This document shows positions 1-28,696 of a stretch of 64,000 nucleotides of DNA, one piece after another. The notes beneath the pieces are model-generated. The model saw only the letters and a list, made by a program, of their open reading frames with translations. It was not told where the DNA came from and searched no databases. The stretch comes from Gracilinanus agilis (Eukaryota), in NCBI RefSeq assembly GCF_016433145.1, contig NC_058133.1, positions 490,372,373 through 490,436,372 on the forward strand, given 5' to 3'. The stretch's first letter is position 1, and every line of letters begins with the position of its first letter. The translations under genes were made by a program, and so were the position numbers.

Positions 1-1051
1 ACCTAGGGGGGCGATGCTGGGACCAGAGGTGGGGGATTCCCAAGTGAGGTGCCCCCAAACAACGCTATCAACTTCCCTTCCGTATTGGTTCCAAGGCAGA
101 AGATAGGGAAGAGCCGGGCAATGCGGGTGAAGTGACTCGGCTAGAGTCACACTGCTAGGAAGTGTCTGAGGCCAAATTTGAACCCAGGATCTCCGGTCTC
201 TAGGTCTGGCTCTCCATCCACTGAGCCACCCAGCAGCTTTTAACGAGCCCTGCCCTCACAGAAGGCAGGAAGCTGATTGGTGATTGGCCAGAAGGGCTCC
301 ACTTCTCTAGATTGGGAAGGCTAACTCCCACCCCCCAGCACGCCCACGGGGCCCAGGGGCTGCCCTACCACTCACGGTGCCCTCGGGCGCCTCTCGGGTC
401 AGGGCCGGAGCAGGAGCCTCCTCCGCCTCCGCTGCCCTTTGCTGCGCGGCCCGCAACTGGACCTGTACAGCGGCCAGCTTGCACCGGAGCTCCCCGTTGA
501 CCCGCAGGAGTCGCTGCAGCTGCTCCTGCAACTGCGGGAGGAGGGGCAAGGATGCGGGTGGCCGCCCTCCGGCCAGCCCGGCCTCCTTCCTCCCCCAGCT
601 CCCTCTGGCCTCGGCCACGCCCCTCGCCCCCACCACCGCCCCCTCCCAGCCCAATTCTCACCGCCTCCACCTCCTGGCCCCGGAGCTGCAGGTCCCGGCT
701 CTGCGCACGGAGCTGGTCCCGCTGCCGGTCGGTCAATTGCTTCAACTGCCTCAGCAGGAGCCGCTCGTCTGGCGGAGGCGCTGCGCTCCCCTTCCCGCCC
801 GTTCCGCCTCCTGGCAGCCACTCATCCCGCTGCTCAGGCCCCTGCGACTCCTCCGCCTCCTCCTCAGGCCCGCGGGGCGCCCCCGCCGCCGCCCCCTCCA
901 GCAGCTCCAGCGCCCGTACCACATGGGGCATCAGCCCCGCGGCCGCCCCCGACCCGAAGCGGCTGGCAAGCCTCTGGAGCTCGGTACCCAGGGCCCCGGC
1001 CAGCTGGTACACGAGCTCCGGCCTGGGCCGAGCCGCCCCAGCGGGCTCCAT
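1..1051 (-). CDS. RILP: Rab-interacting lysosomal protein, 5' part. Coding segments: 1051-662; 531-376 (or 531-369 with the alternative donor); next exon begins at position 2 and runs off the window.
   Basis: ATG at 1051 in strong Kozak context (GCCATGG). Translation has RILP hallmarks ELVYQLAGALGTELQRLA..VVRALELLE, LLRQLKQLTDRQRDQLRA and LQEQLQRLLRVNGELRCKL. Donor GCG|GTGAGA at 661, acceptor CCGCAG| at 532, acceptor CCCTAG| at 3. Donor of the 531 exon is ambiguous: ACC|GTGAGT (phase 0) or GTG|GTAGGG (phase 1). Syntenic with PRPF8. Confidence 0.92.
70..238 (-). mobile_element. tRNA-derived CORE-SINE (marsupial MAR1/SINE1-like) in a RILP intron
   Basis: Reverse complement reads GCTGCTGGGTGGCTCAGTGGATGGAGAGCCAGACC..GGTTCAAAT (A and B boxes), with the CORE and CCTTGGAACCAATA tail shared with other copies in the window. 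Confidence 0.85.
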
Positions 1052-1320
1052 GGCCCCAGGCCCCGCCAAAGCCGAGAGCTCTCAGCCCGGTTTCCCGGGG
1101 CAGTCGAGGACTCCGGGCCGGGGGCGGAGCCAGAGCCCCGCCCCGGAGCCTAGCCAGTGGGTGGTCAGCGGAGTGGCCAGACCAGCACCCCGTCTGGGGC
1201 AGCGGGCCAGGCTCCACCCAGCCCAGGCGGGCACCTGTGACCATCCCACAGCAGGTCAAGAGTGGGCACCCGCCTCCCCCTCCTCCCCAATAAAAGCCGA
1301 GGCCGAGAATTTGTACAAAA

Positions 1321-1326
1321 TTTATT
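1321..1326 (-). terminator. PRPF8 polyadenylation signal (AATAAA)
   Basis: TTTATT on plus, about 80 nt past the PRPF8 stop and followed on the minus strand by U-rich sequence. Confidence 0.8.
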
Positions 1327-1406
1327 GCGCCGCTCTGGTGCGGGGCGCGGGCTGCACAACACAGAAACACAAGCAGGAACGCGGGGCGGGGCGGGGGCGG
1401 GGCCGG

Positions 1407-18403
<16,997 letters not shown>

Positions 18404-18539
18404 GTCCGGAGAACCTAAGGAATAGTAAGAGAACTCAGTAAGTCTCTCCAAAAACTTGAAAAAAAGGTTACCCTCTAGGTCTTTTCCCTAACCAATTCAT
18501 TCCCTGGGTTTCTATGCTTATGTAAAAAAATGTAATGGG

Positions 18540-19185
18540 GGGGGAGGGGAGACATAGCAAAGCTACATAGCTCAGTGGATAAAGAGACAGGCCTGGAATC
18601 AGGAGGTCCTGGCTTCCAATCTAGCTCCAGATACTCTTTAGCTAGCTTGACTGGGCAAGTCACTTAACTCCCATTGCCTGGCCCCATCCCTCACTCCAGT
18701 GCCTTCCTTACCTCCCCAGCTATAGGACTACCTACCCCCAACATACCAAGACACCCCATTCCATGTGACTGCTTCAGACTCTGCTGCCTTTGCTGTGAAT
18801 CCCCCAACCAGGTTTCCCTTCTCTCCCTCTTACTCCATCTTGAGTTGGTACTGGCTGACCTTCCACCTCATTTCTGCTTCTCTGAACCCCCAGACTCTAA
18901 ATCAGGCCCTTATAACCCCCTCATACCAATACCTGTCCCTCATATACTAGTTAGTATACTCCTAAGCTTCCTGAGGGCAGGGGCTGCTTTACTTTCTTTT
19001 CTTTTTTTAAACCTTATCTTCTGTCTTAGAATCAATTATTATGTACTGCCTCCAACAAGGCAATCAGAGTTAAGTGATCGGGTCAGGGTCATATTGTAAG
19101 GCAGTGTCTCAGGTCACTTTTGAACCCAGGTCCTTCGGTCTCTGAAGCCGGTGCTCAATCCACTGAGCCCTATCGCTGCCCCCAG
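18540..19185. mobile_element. Two CORE-SINEs in PRPF8 intron 1 (~18540-18690 plus; ~18990-19185 minus)
   Basis: SINE head and CORE motifs in opposite orientations. Confidence 0.75.
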
Positions 19186-19399
19186 CAGCTCTACTTTTGT
19201 CTCTGTATCTATTCCCAAGGCTCAGCCCTCAGGACGAACTTAATTAATGCCCAGGAGACAGTGCCTGTCCTCAGGGAGCTTCTCCCTTGGACACACGCCC
19301 CCTTGTCACGACCCTGCTCCCCAGACTCAATTCAAGACCTGTCCCTTTCATTCAACAACGTAGCCTCGCTGTCACTGAGCATGCTCCCAATTCCACACA

Positions 19400-20260
19400 C
19401 ACCTCCCCCCTTTAATCGGGGCGCCCCCTCCTCGCCTAGCTCTGGTCCCCACTTCACTGCGCATGCTCATTGCGCATCGGACCCGGCCTCTCGGCCCTAT
19501 CCATCGTCGACGCGCGTGCGCGTCCCTCTCCACGACACCCTGGGCCACTTCCCCCAGAATCCACTCCCGTCTCATTTTTCTTTCACCTCCTGGTGCAGAT
19601 CATCCCGCCCCCGCGCGCCCCTGCCCTGCTCACCCTCCCAGACTCCACACGCGCCATCAACGTTTTACTCCCCTCTGCTTACCCCACAGCCCCAGTCAGT
19701 CGCTTCGCTGTTTCTAAGAAAACGCAATGGCGGTAAACTTACGTCCGCCCCACGCTCCCAACGCCCGGAAATGCGCAAGGAGCAACTGAGGAGAGAAGAG
19801 ACTAGCATCCAATCGGCTCCGAGCAAAGAAGATGGAGGGTGGGTTTAACCAATAGTCGCCAAGGATCCGAATTAGGTAGGCGGGTCAAGACATCTCAGTG
19901 GCTTTGCCCCAGAAAAGGGGCGGGGAACTCTGGAGTAAGTCCCGCCTCCCCTCTCCAAAGCTCCCGTCCTCCCTCCCTTCCTGCTCCGCAACGTCACAAA
20001 AAAAAAAAACCGCCTTCATGCAAATATGTAGGCGTCCTAGAACCGGGCTTTTTATTTGCAGGATTTCATTTGCATAATTTGTGCAAACGAACCTTATGCA
20101 AAGGTTTTCCCCTATTCCTCTTGACTCATAGACAGAAGCCTCTCCCGGCCGTGAGGCTCTGTGAAGTCTCAAGTTCAAGTCCCACCTTTGCCCCCAAACA
20201 AATGTAGGAGTATAAATCACAAAAAAAGGAGGCTATCCGCCGCGGTGGAGGGAGTTGTCC
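19400..20260 (-). promoter_or_regulatory. PRPF8 CpG-island promoter
   Basis: YY1-type AATGGCGG at 19726-19733, ETS-type CCGGAAAT at 19765-19772, CCAAT at 19809 and 19849, GC box GGGGCGGGG at 19917-19925; no TATA box. Confidence 0.85.
19743..19800 (-). other. PRPF8: Probable non-coding exon 1 of PRPF8
   Basis: Donor GAC|GTAAGT at 19742 within the CpG island. Exon 2 acceptor CCTTAG| at 18415 leaves 11 nt before the ATG. The TSS position is estimated. Confidence 0.75.
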
Positions 20261-21589
20261 TCACTGGGAAATCATAGGTTCCGTTTAACAAACAAAACCA
20301 ACAACTGAGAGATATCCCTGCCTTCCCAATGGTGAAAATGTAATAATAATGGCAATTAATAGTAATGTCTGGCATTTGTACTGTGTTTTAAGGGTTTTAC
20401 ATGCGTTATCGAATCAGACCCTCCCAGCATCGCTGGGATGTCAGAGCTGTGAGGTTTATTATTCCCATTTTACAGCTGAGGAAACTGAGGGTCAAAGAAT
20501 GACTTGCAGTAAGCGTAGACTCCCTATGTCTCCAGGCTGCCTCTCCCCGTTTCTCCGGGCTTCGCTTTTCTTTTTCCTGTCTCTCTTGACGCCCTGATTT
20601 TCATTTCTCCCAGGGACACAGCGAAGGCTCCGAGCTGGTGGGTTCCAGCATTCTGGAGTCCCAGCTTTTCCTTCCAGAACACTTTCCTCACACTAATCAA
20701 ACCATGGACGAGCAGTTAATTAAACTATATGGCTAGAGCAATGGAAGACCTGGGTTTGAATCTAGCCAAGTTATTTAATCTTTGTCTCAGTGTCCTCGTC
20801 TAGAAAATGGGGGCCATAATAACACTGACCCCTTCCTGCCCAATCCCCCCCACCCCACCATGATATGAAGATCAGCTGAGTTCATATTTATGAAGTGCTT
20901 TTCAGTGCCTCAAATACTATATAAAGGCTAACTATTCCAGTGAATTCTCCAAGTGCTAGGAATAGAGAAAAATAAAATAACTCCTGCCCTCAGCGAGGGG
21001 TGACCAACACACAGACTATATACAAACATAGGAGGTGATTTAAGGCGAGGCTTGAGTGGAATCTTGAAGGAAGTTGGAGTTCTGGGAGCTGGAGATATAT
21101 GATGTACAAACAAAGGATAATTTGTACAAAAGGACCGAGACTGGAGATGGAACACCAAAGGTGAGTGGAAAGCCTGGCACTAGTTATCTTTCAACTTTGA
21201 CATTCTGTGACTATTTCATTGGGTCAGAGAAATGTAGAGCTTGTTGCATTTAAAAAATAACATTAGTGATTCCATTTCACCTTTATCTGAAATTTTGTAA
21301 AACTAAAGTTTCAACTGCTTCTAAGTCTCTTGATTTTGGAGGTCACAAGATTACTCCCCCTCCCAAAGGTCACCAACTTAAGGACGGTCATAGAACTCCT
21401 CCTTCCTTTCACCTCAGTGTCTCCTGATATCCTCCACCAATGAGTAAGTAGGTGTCTCAATCCTTATAATCCTGTTTTTCACTCCCTCCAAATTGTATAT
21501 TAAATTCATAGAAACTAAGCTTCAGGGTCCCTGGTTTCCTGAGAGCCTTGGACTCAGTTTGTTTTGCAATCACAAAGGCTGACTTCATG

Positions 21590-21840
21590 GCCATTGGAAC
21601 ACATTGTTCCAATCTGCCCTGAGAAGTCTTCACATGCTTGGGGTAGACACCTCCTAACTCACTGACTGGCTGGAGGCCTGTCCGTTGCCTTCAACCTGGT
21701 TGAGCCCGTCTGTCCAGACAGATTTACCGGGGTGCAGCTGCCGCACCTTCCATAGCTTCTTGGAGCCACAAGTGAGAATTGAGTGAGAGGTAGACACCAA
21801 AGGTGGAGGAGCAACCCTGAAAGCCCTCACCCAGGAGATG
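21590..21840. mobile_element. Probable RTE-related marsupial retroelement fragment
   Basis: Resembles, from memory, marsupial non-autonomous RTE derivatives (CTTGGGGTAGAC..GCTTCTTGGAGCCACA..GACACCAAAGGTGGA). Family not verified. Confidence 0.45.
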
Positions 21841-23799
21841 CTGGTCTCAAAGGAAAGGTACTTTCAAAAATGGTATAGTAAGAACCCTGATAGAGCTCCT
21901 CCTCCCTCCGTCCTCCAAATCTGGGGCACACTGTAGCACAAATACCCACAGTGTCAGTGGGACAGAAGTTGCAAAGTTCCAGCACACAAGATAACTCGAG
22001 TTTAGGATTGAGGACCACTTCCATCTTTTGTTCTCCAAGTGTCTTCACACTGCCCTCTCCTGGGCACAGGATCTCTGCATTTCAGGTCATTCAGCTGGAC
22101 CCCCTGAGCCAGTTCCTCTCTATAACTCAAATCCCAACTAATTCAATTTAGAGACACTGGAAAGAATCAGGAGGCCTGAGTTCAAATTGTGCCTCAGAAT
22201 CTTATTATCTGTGTGATTATCTGAGCACATTTCATAACTTTCCTCAGCTTCAGGTTTATTATTTTTTTTTATCTCTTTATAATAGAGTAATAATAGCACC
22301 TGCCTCTAAGGTTTGCATTGTCTCTGGGTAAAATTCAAACTTCTCTGCTTGGCATTTGAAGCGTAGCCTTTAGAGTCTGGCTCTGGAAGATCTTACCAGA
22401 CTTATTTCTCATTCATAAACTCTCTGTTTCAGTTAAAACGCCCCCGCTGGGCTTTTTTTGCCCAGGCTGTGCCCCATGCATAGAATGTTCTTCCTTACCT
22501 CAGCATTTTAGAAGCCTTAGTTTGGCCCAGCTTAGGGGTGATGTCTTATCAGAAGTCTTTCATGATTCTCCTAGTTCAGCCTTGGGGAAGTATTGGCTCA
22601 CGTGCCCAGGCAGCACAGGGCAGGAGCTGCTCCGTTCTCCCTCTTCCCAGTGCCCAAGGACATTTTTTGCATGGCTCATCCCTCTGCCAGCTGCCTAAAG
22701 TGAGTACTTCCTCCCTCTGCTCTGGGGGCTCACAGGAACTTGAAATTGCAGTTTGGGCATGCAAACTTGAAAACTTTTGCCAATGCTGCCCTAGTTCTAG
22801 TGTCCTCTCCCTCCTAATTGTTAAATTATCTTTATTTATTCTTATAAATTTATCTAATTTACCTTTATTGATAACATATTATTATATAATTACACAATAA
22901 AATATATTCATAATGCTATATTAATGTAATAGCATTGTATAATATAACAATTTAATCAAATATCTATATTTATTTATAACATTGCGTCCTCCCAGTAGAA
23001 TGTAAGCTTATTAAAGCAAGGATCTCTTTTTCATTTTCTCAGTAACCTTAGCACTGGACACCGTCCTTTTTTGCATATGGTAGATATTTAATAAATGCTT
23101 GTAGGATGTATGAATTTATGAATGAATGACAAGAAATGAAAAGTCGAGTGTGCTTCTACTAACAGTGTGGCCTCGGATGAGTCACTTCCTCATCCTCTGC
23201 AAAATGAAAGCATTGAACTTTATCTTTAAAGTTGGGTCTTTAAAGTCTGAAGAGATTCAGCAGCTACAGAAGACCCAAGACTGAAGAGACTGACCCTGGC
23301 TCCCCTTATGCCAAATCTAGCCTATCCCTGCCCCTCACTCAGGGCAAGACATTCATCTCCACGGGTGAGGAGAATCCGGCTGGGATTACTTGAATCTTCT
23401 ACGTGCCTAGTTATTTCTATGTTGTCTCCCCTGTTAGATTGTAAGCTCTTTGAGGGCAGGGACCATTGTTTTCCCCTTTTCTTTGAGCTCAGCCCAGTGC
23501 CTGTACATGATGAGTATTTAATAAATACTAATTGGTTGACAGACTGTGGTTGGGTAGACAGTAATATTGCCAAGGGTTAAGGGAATGGAGCAACGAGACC
23601 CTGGAAGTAGTGAATGGGGAGCACTCATTCACCAAGTTTGGCCATCTGGGGCTGAATACCAGCCCCACCTACCCCTGTCAGCCTTTAAATAACTGAGCCT
23701 GTGGGCACTAGTCAGTGCAAGAGTTGGACAGTCCTGCCCATTTTTCAGCCAGCCAATTCCAGGCCCTCTTCCAGGTCAATCAAATGTAGGTCCTGAGTC

Positions 23800-24980
23800 T
23801 TTTTTTTTTTTTTTTTAATTCTTATGTTTTAGAATCAATACTACATATTAGTTCTAACACAGAAGAGCTATAAGGGCTGGGCAATGGGGTTCAAGTGACT
23901 TGCCCAGGGTCATACGACTAGGAAGTGTCTGATGTTAGATTTGAACCCAGGACCTCCCGTCCTTGGACCCGGCTCTCTGTCCACTGAACCACCCAGCTGC
24001 CCCCTCTTATACTTTGTAAGGGAACACATGGTGTTCTTTATCCACTGAGCCACCTAGCTGCCTCTGGGTAATTTTTATAAAACACTTTACAAACTTTAAG
24101 ATACTATATAAATGCTAACAATTATTATCATTTTGTTTCATACAATAGCAATATTCTATTACATCGTGTACCAAAACTTGCTTAGTCATTCTTTGCTTAA
24201 CCAAAACAATCTACTTTGTTTCCAGTTTTTTTGCTACTACAAAAAGTGCTGCTATAAATGTTTTGATGTCTACTGGGGCCCCTCTGCCCTCTGCCACTGA
24301 CCTCCTTAGGGTATATGCTTAGCAGTGGAATCTGTCTCTGGAGCAAAGGATATAGACATTTTAGTCTCTTTCTTCATATGAGTCTGAATTGATTTAGACG
24401 ACTCCGTAAAGCTAGTTTGACACCTCGTTAACATACAGCCTCATTACCCCTGGTATCTGGAAGGGGGGGCACCATCCCCTTCCTCTCAAACATACTCTGA
24501 GTTGCCATTTCTGACTTGTGACTAGGTGGATTTTAGAGGCCTGGTGGTAGCCCAATGCCAAAAGGATTTTAAGTTTTTAGTTTTTTTTAAACTCTTACCT
24601 TCTGTCTTAGAGCCAGTCAATACTGTGTATTGGCTCCAAGGCAGAAGAGTGGTAAGGGTAGGCAATGAGGGTCAAGTGACTTGCCCAGGGTCACACAGCT
24701 GGGAAGTGTCTGAGGCCGGATTTGAACCTAGGACCTCCCATCTCTAGGCCTGGCTCTCCATCCACTGAGCTACCCAGCTGCCCCCGGACTTTAAGTTTTA
24801 ATGTGACATAGTGGGGGTGTGGCTAGTGGATAGAGAGCCAGGTCCCAAAATAGAAGGTCCAGACACGTCCTAGCTGTGTGACCCTGGGCAAGTCACTTAA
24901 CCCCCATTGCCCAACCTTTACCGTTCTTCTGCCTTGGAACCAATACTCAGTGTCAATTCTAAGATAAAGATTTTTTTTTA
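23800..24980. mobile_element. SINE cluster (~23800-24005 minus; ~24575-24785 minus, young; ~24810-24980 plus)
   Basis: Repeated head, CORE and tail motifs with poly-A/T ends. Confidence 0.85.
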
Positions 24981-26044
24981 TGATGTAATATGCTATTCCC
25001 TACCCCATTATTCTGGCAAGGGGACTTTCCTGAGTTTGTGATCCATCATAGGTCTTTAGGAGGTATGTCCGGACTTGGAAGCAACTCTGAGTTCAAGAGG
25101 TCTGTAGGTCCTGGATCAATTGAGAGGGCAGCCGATTACGGAGGAAGGAGAGGGCTGGCTGCACAGGAAGCCGATTCTTTGAGGAAGATGAGGAGCAGTG
25201 AAAAGATTGGCCCAAGCCTCGCTGCTTTACTAGTATATGTGCATTGAGAGTTGTTCAAAAAGTGCTAAGCCCAAGCGAAATGCAAAACACCTATTTAGCA
25301 GTACTGCAAGTTGCTTTTTTTTTTCTTCCTTTTTTAAGAGAAGTTTTTATTGATGTGTTTTGTTTCTTGCCTCGTCATAGTCATCTCCAGTATTCTTTCC
25401 CCATCAGCTCCCAGAGAGCCTGCCCATATCATAAATAGAATTATTTAAGGAGGAGGAAAAAAATCAGCACAACTGACCAATGCATTGAAAAAGATCTGAA
25501 AACAGTGCAATGGGTAGCACCTGTGGACGTCTGACCGCCACAACAGAGTGGGATATCTTGTGAGTCCTCTCCTCTCTTTTAAATCAAGTCCTAAACTTTC
25601 TGATGAAGTTGACGTGTCAGCCTCCCAGCAGGTTGCCATAGAAGTTATAAGTTGTTGCAGAATTCTGCTTTCTTTGCTAGTATTTGTTGCTAGTATTCCT
25701 TTTGTGTGTAGGATCTGGCCCTTATCTGATTCATATGTGTGTAGAGAATAAGGTCTTTATTCCCTACTTTTGGGGAGAGGTTCTATTCAGGAGTCCTAAG
25801 AAAAATCATCCTTGGGGAACCAGGGGTGGGCGATTTAACAAGTCCAAGAGTATAAGAAAAGAGAACCCAATCTCTCCCTTAATGGGCAGGCTTTGGAACT
25901 GTGAACTAATCCAACCACTTTGGAGAACAATCTGAAATCTTGCCCAAAGAGTTATTAAACTGTGTATACCCTTTGACCCAGCAATAGCACTATTACGTCT
26001 GTTTCCCAAAGTGATCAAAGAGAAAGGAATAGAAACTATTCATT

Positions 26045-26420
26045 TGTTTTAAACCCTTACCTTCCATCTTGGAATCTGCTATGTATGGGTTCCACGGACA
26101 AAGAGAAGTTAAGGTCTAGGCCAGTGATTCCCAAAGTGGGCGCCACCGCCCCCTGGTGGGTGTTGCAGCTATCCAGGGGAGTGGTGATGGCCACAGGGGC
26201 ATTTAGCTTTCCTATTAATTGCTATTAAAATTTTTAAAATTAATTTCCAGGGGTCTAAGTCATATTTTTTCTGGAAAGGGAGCGGGTAGGCCAAAAGAGT
26301 TTGGGAACCACTGATCTAGGCAGTGGGGCTTAAGTGACTTGCCCAGGGTCACATAACTAGAAAGTATCTGAGACCATATTTGAATCCAGGACCTCCACTG
26401 AGCTACCTAGATTTCCCCTG
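26045..26420 (-). mobile_element. CORE-SINE split by a hAT MITE
   Basis: SINE tail at 26045-26121 resumes at 26314 with CAGTGGGGCTTAAGTGACTTGCCCAGGG. Confidence 0.85.
26122..26313. mobile_element. hAT/Charlie-type non-autonomous MITE (192 bp)
   Basis: 14-bp TIRs CAGTGATTCCCAAA / TTTGGGAACCACTG (1 mismatch). 8-bp TSD GTCTAGGC / ATCTAGGC with a central CTAG, typical of Charlie elements. Confidence 0.92.
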
Positions 26421-26423
26421 AAT

Positions 26424-26524
26424 CTATACATATATATATACATATATGTATATATACATACACAACCCCCTGAACATATATATGTGTATATATATGTATA
26501 TGTATATACATATATATATATGCA
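26424..26524. repeat. (TA)n/(TATG)n low-complexity tract
   Basis: Direct inspection. Confidence 0.9.
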
Positions 26525-28448
26525 CATAATATTTATAGCAGTTCTCTTTGTGGTAGCAAAGAACCTGGAAATTAAAGGGGGCATCCATCAGTGGGGAAGA
26601 GCTAAATGAGTCACGGTATATAATTGTGATGGAATACTATTATGCTGTAAGAAATGATGAGCAGGTTGAGTTTAGAAAAACATGGAAAGACTTGAATGAA
26701 ATAATGAGGAGAAAAACAAGCAGAACCAAGAGAATGTTACATACAACAACAGCAATATTGCTTAAAGAATAACTGTGGATGTCTACCTCTAGAGAGAAAT
26801 GATGAATGGAAGTTTGCATGGTATATTTGTAGATCTCCTTGTCAAATGGTAGCCTTCTCTAGTGGGCGATGGGAAGTGAGGGAAGGAGGGAGACAGCTTG
26901 GAACATAAAATGTAACCAAAAACTAAGTTAAATTAAAAAAAAAAATAAGCAGACGTTGCCAAGCCTTAATCCCATCTAACTGCATGCCTGGGCACACCCA
27001 GAGAATGGGCACAGTACCCCAACCCCTGTGAGCCCAGCAGCTGTTTCTCAAACTTAGATTTGCCCTTTGCTTTCTGTGACTATATCAAGTGCATGTGGGG
27101 GAGGATAGCCTGGACAAAGACCAATGAATGCCTACACTGAGGATTCCAAGAGGTGGAAGTGAGGAGAGAGAGCATGAGAGACAGCCAGTGCAAAGGTACC
27201 AGAGATGGAGTGTCAGGGGGAAAAACAACAAGTGTGGCTGGATCCCAGGATGAAGGAAAGTCTTGTGTAATAAAGCTGAAAAAGTTAGCTAACATCAGAT
27301 TGTGAAGGGCTTTAAAGGACAAACAGAGGCATTTTTCAGTTGATCTTAGAGGTAGTGAAGAGTGACTGGAGCTTCTTGAGCAAGGGAGGAACAGGGCTAG
27401 ACTTGTGCTTTAGGAATATTGCTTTGCAGCTGTGGGGAAAATGAATAGGAGACTCAAGGCAGAATGGCCAACCAAAGGCTATTTATAATAATCCAGAAGA
27501 GAGTTGATGGGGCCCCAGAGTGGGGCGAAGGCTGAGGGAGTGGGGTAAGCTTTGGTGGCATGGTAGGAGGACAAGGAAATAATGGGTGCTATTTGGGTTA
27601 TGTTGAATATGCAATGCTTATGGATCATCCACTTGGAAATGTACTTAGATAATTAATGATAAATGGATGAGAGGGGAGTAGTGAGGGAGGGAGAGAGGAA
27701 GAAAGGAGGGTGGAGAGAGAAAAAGAGAGAGATCATGGAAGTCAACTTGACAAGATAACTACTGATTGGATATGGAAATGAAGCAGAGACAAGACTTAAG
27801 CATATAAGTCTTTCCATACCTGTAAGACCCTGGGCAAGTCACTTAACCCCACTGCCTAGCCCTTACTGCTCTTCTGCCTTGGAACCAACACCTGGTATTG
27901 ATTCTAAGACAGAAGGGAAGAGGTTTTGTTTTTTTTTTTAAATCATGAAAAAGATGGTTTCAGATGAATCTGGGAAGACTTATATGATCTGATGCAGAAT
28001 GAAATGAGCAGGACCAGTAGAAGAATTTATATCATGACATTATAAAGACAGTACTTTGAAAGACTCATATCAGTGCAGTGACCAACCATGACTCCAAAGG
28101 ATGTGTGATAAAGGATGCCATCTACCTCCTGAAAGATAAGTAATAGACTCAAGATACAGAATGAAACATACATTTTTGGAACTAGCTAAAAAATAAGGAT
28201 TCATTTTCTATAACTATTCATGTTTGTTATGAGGGGTTTTTTTTTTAAAGGAAATGGCAAGGAATGAGGAGAGGAAAAAAAGTGTTCATTAATTGATTAA
28301 AAACAAAAGTTTAAAACTTTGGAGCAATTTCTGTTGTATAAGTCCAAAAAGCCAGACTTCAGAGTGTTGAAAGGATGATGGAAGTGATTAGAAAAAAACA
28401 GCTTTTTCTAGGAGTTTGATGAAAGGAGGATATTTGAAAGTAGTTTGA

Positions 28449-28640
28449 GGGGGCAGCAAGGTGGTTATTGGATTACAGCCAGGCCTAGAGACAGTATGTC
28501 CTAGGCTCAAATATAATCTCAGACACTTCCAAGCTCTGTGACCCTGGGCAAGACACTTAATACCCATTGCCTAGCTCTTACCACTCTTCTGCCTTAGAAT
28601 CAATTGATTCTAAGATGGAAGATAAGGGTTTTTTTTTTTA
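28449..28640 (+). mobile_element. CORE-SINE with target-site duplication
   Basis: GTAGTTTGAGG(GG) occurs on both sides (~28440 and ~28645). Confidence 0.9.
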
Positions 28641-28696
28641 AAAGGTAGTTTGAGGGGATGGTAGGATCAAGTGCAGGTCTTTTAAGAATGGGGGAG

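Larger units (their letters stand above)
25300..26930. mobile_element. Old L1 3' fragments (~25300-25750 minus; ~25860-26040 and ~26525-26930 plus) interrupted by a SINE, a MITE and a TA repeat
   Basis: CCCTTTGACCCAGCAATA (PFDPAI) and ATATTTATAGCAGTTCTCTTTGTGGTAGCAAAGAAC..ATGGAATACTATTATGCTGTAAGAAATGA match L1 ORF2 C-terminal motifs. Confidence 0.8.

Noticed and set aside
23610-23666. Two adjacent 7-bp hairpins (GTGAATG/CATTCAC; GGGGCTG/CAGCCCC)
   Set aside because: Stems this short are expected by chance in 64 kb; no Pol III or snoRNA signals.
25228-25285. GCACATATACTA on the minus strand, matching the U6 snRNA 5' region
   Set aside because: Only a 12-nt match with no continuation into the U6 body; a chance hit is expected.
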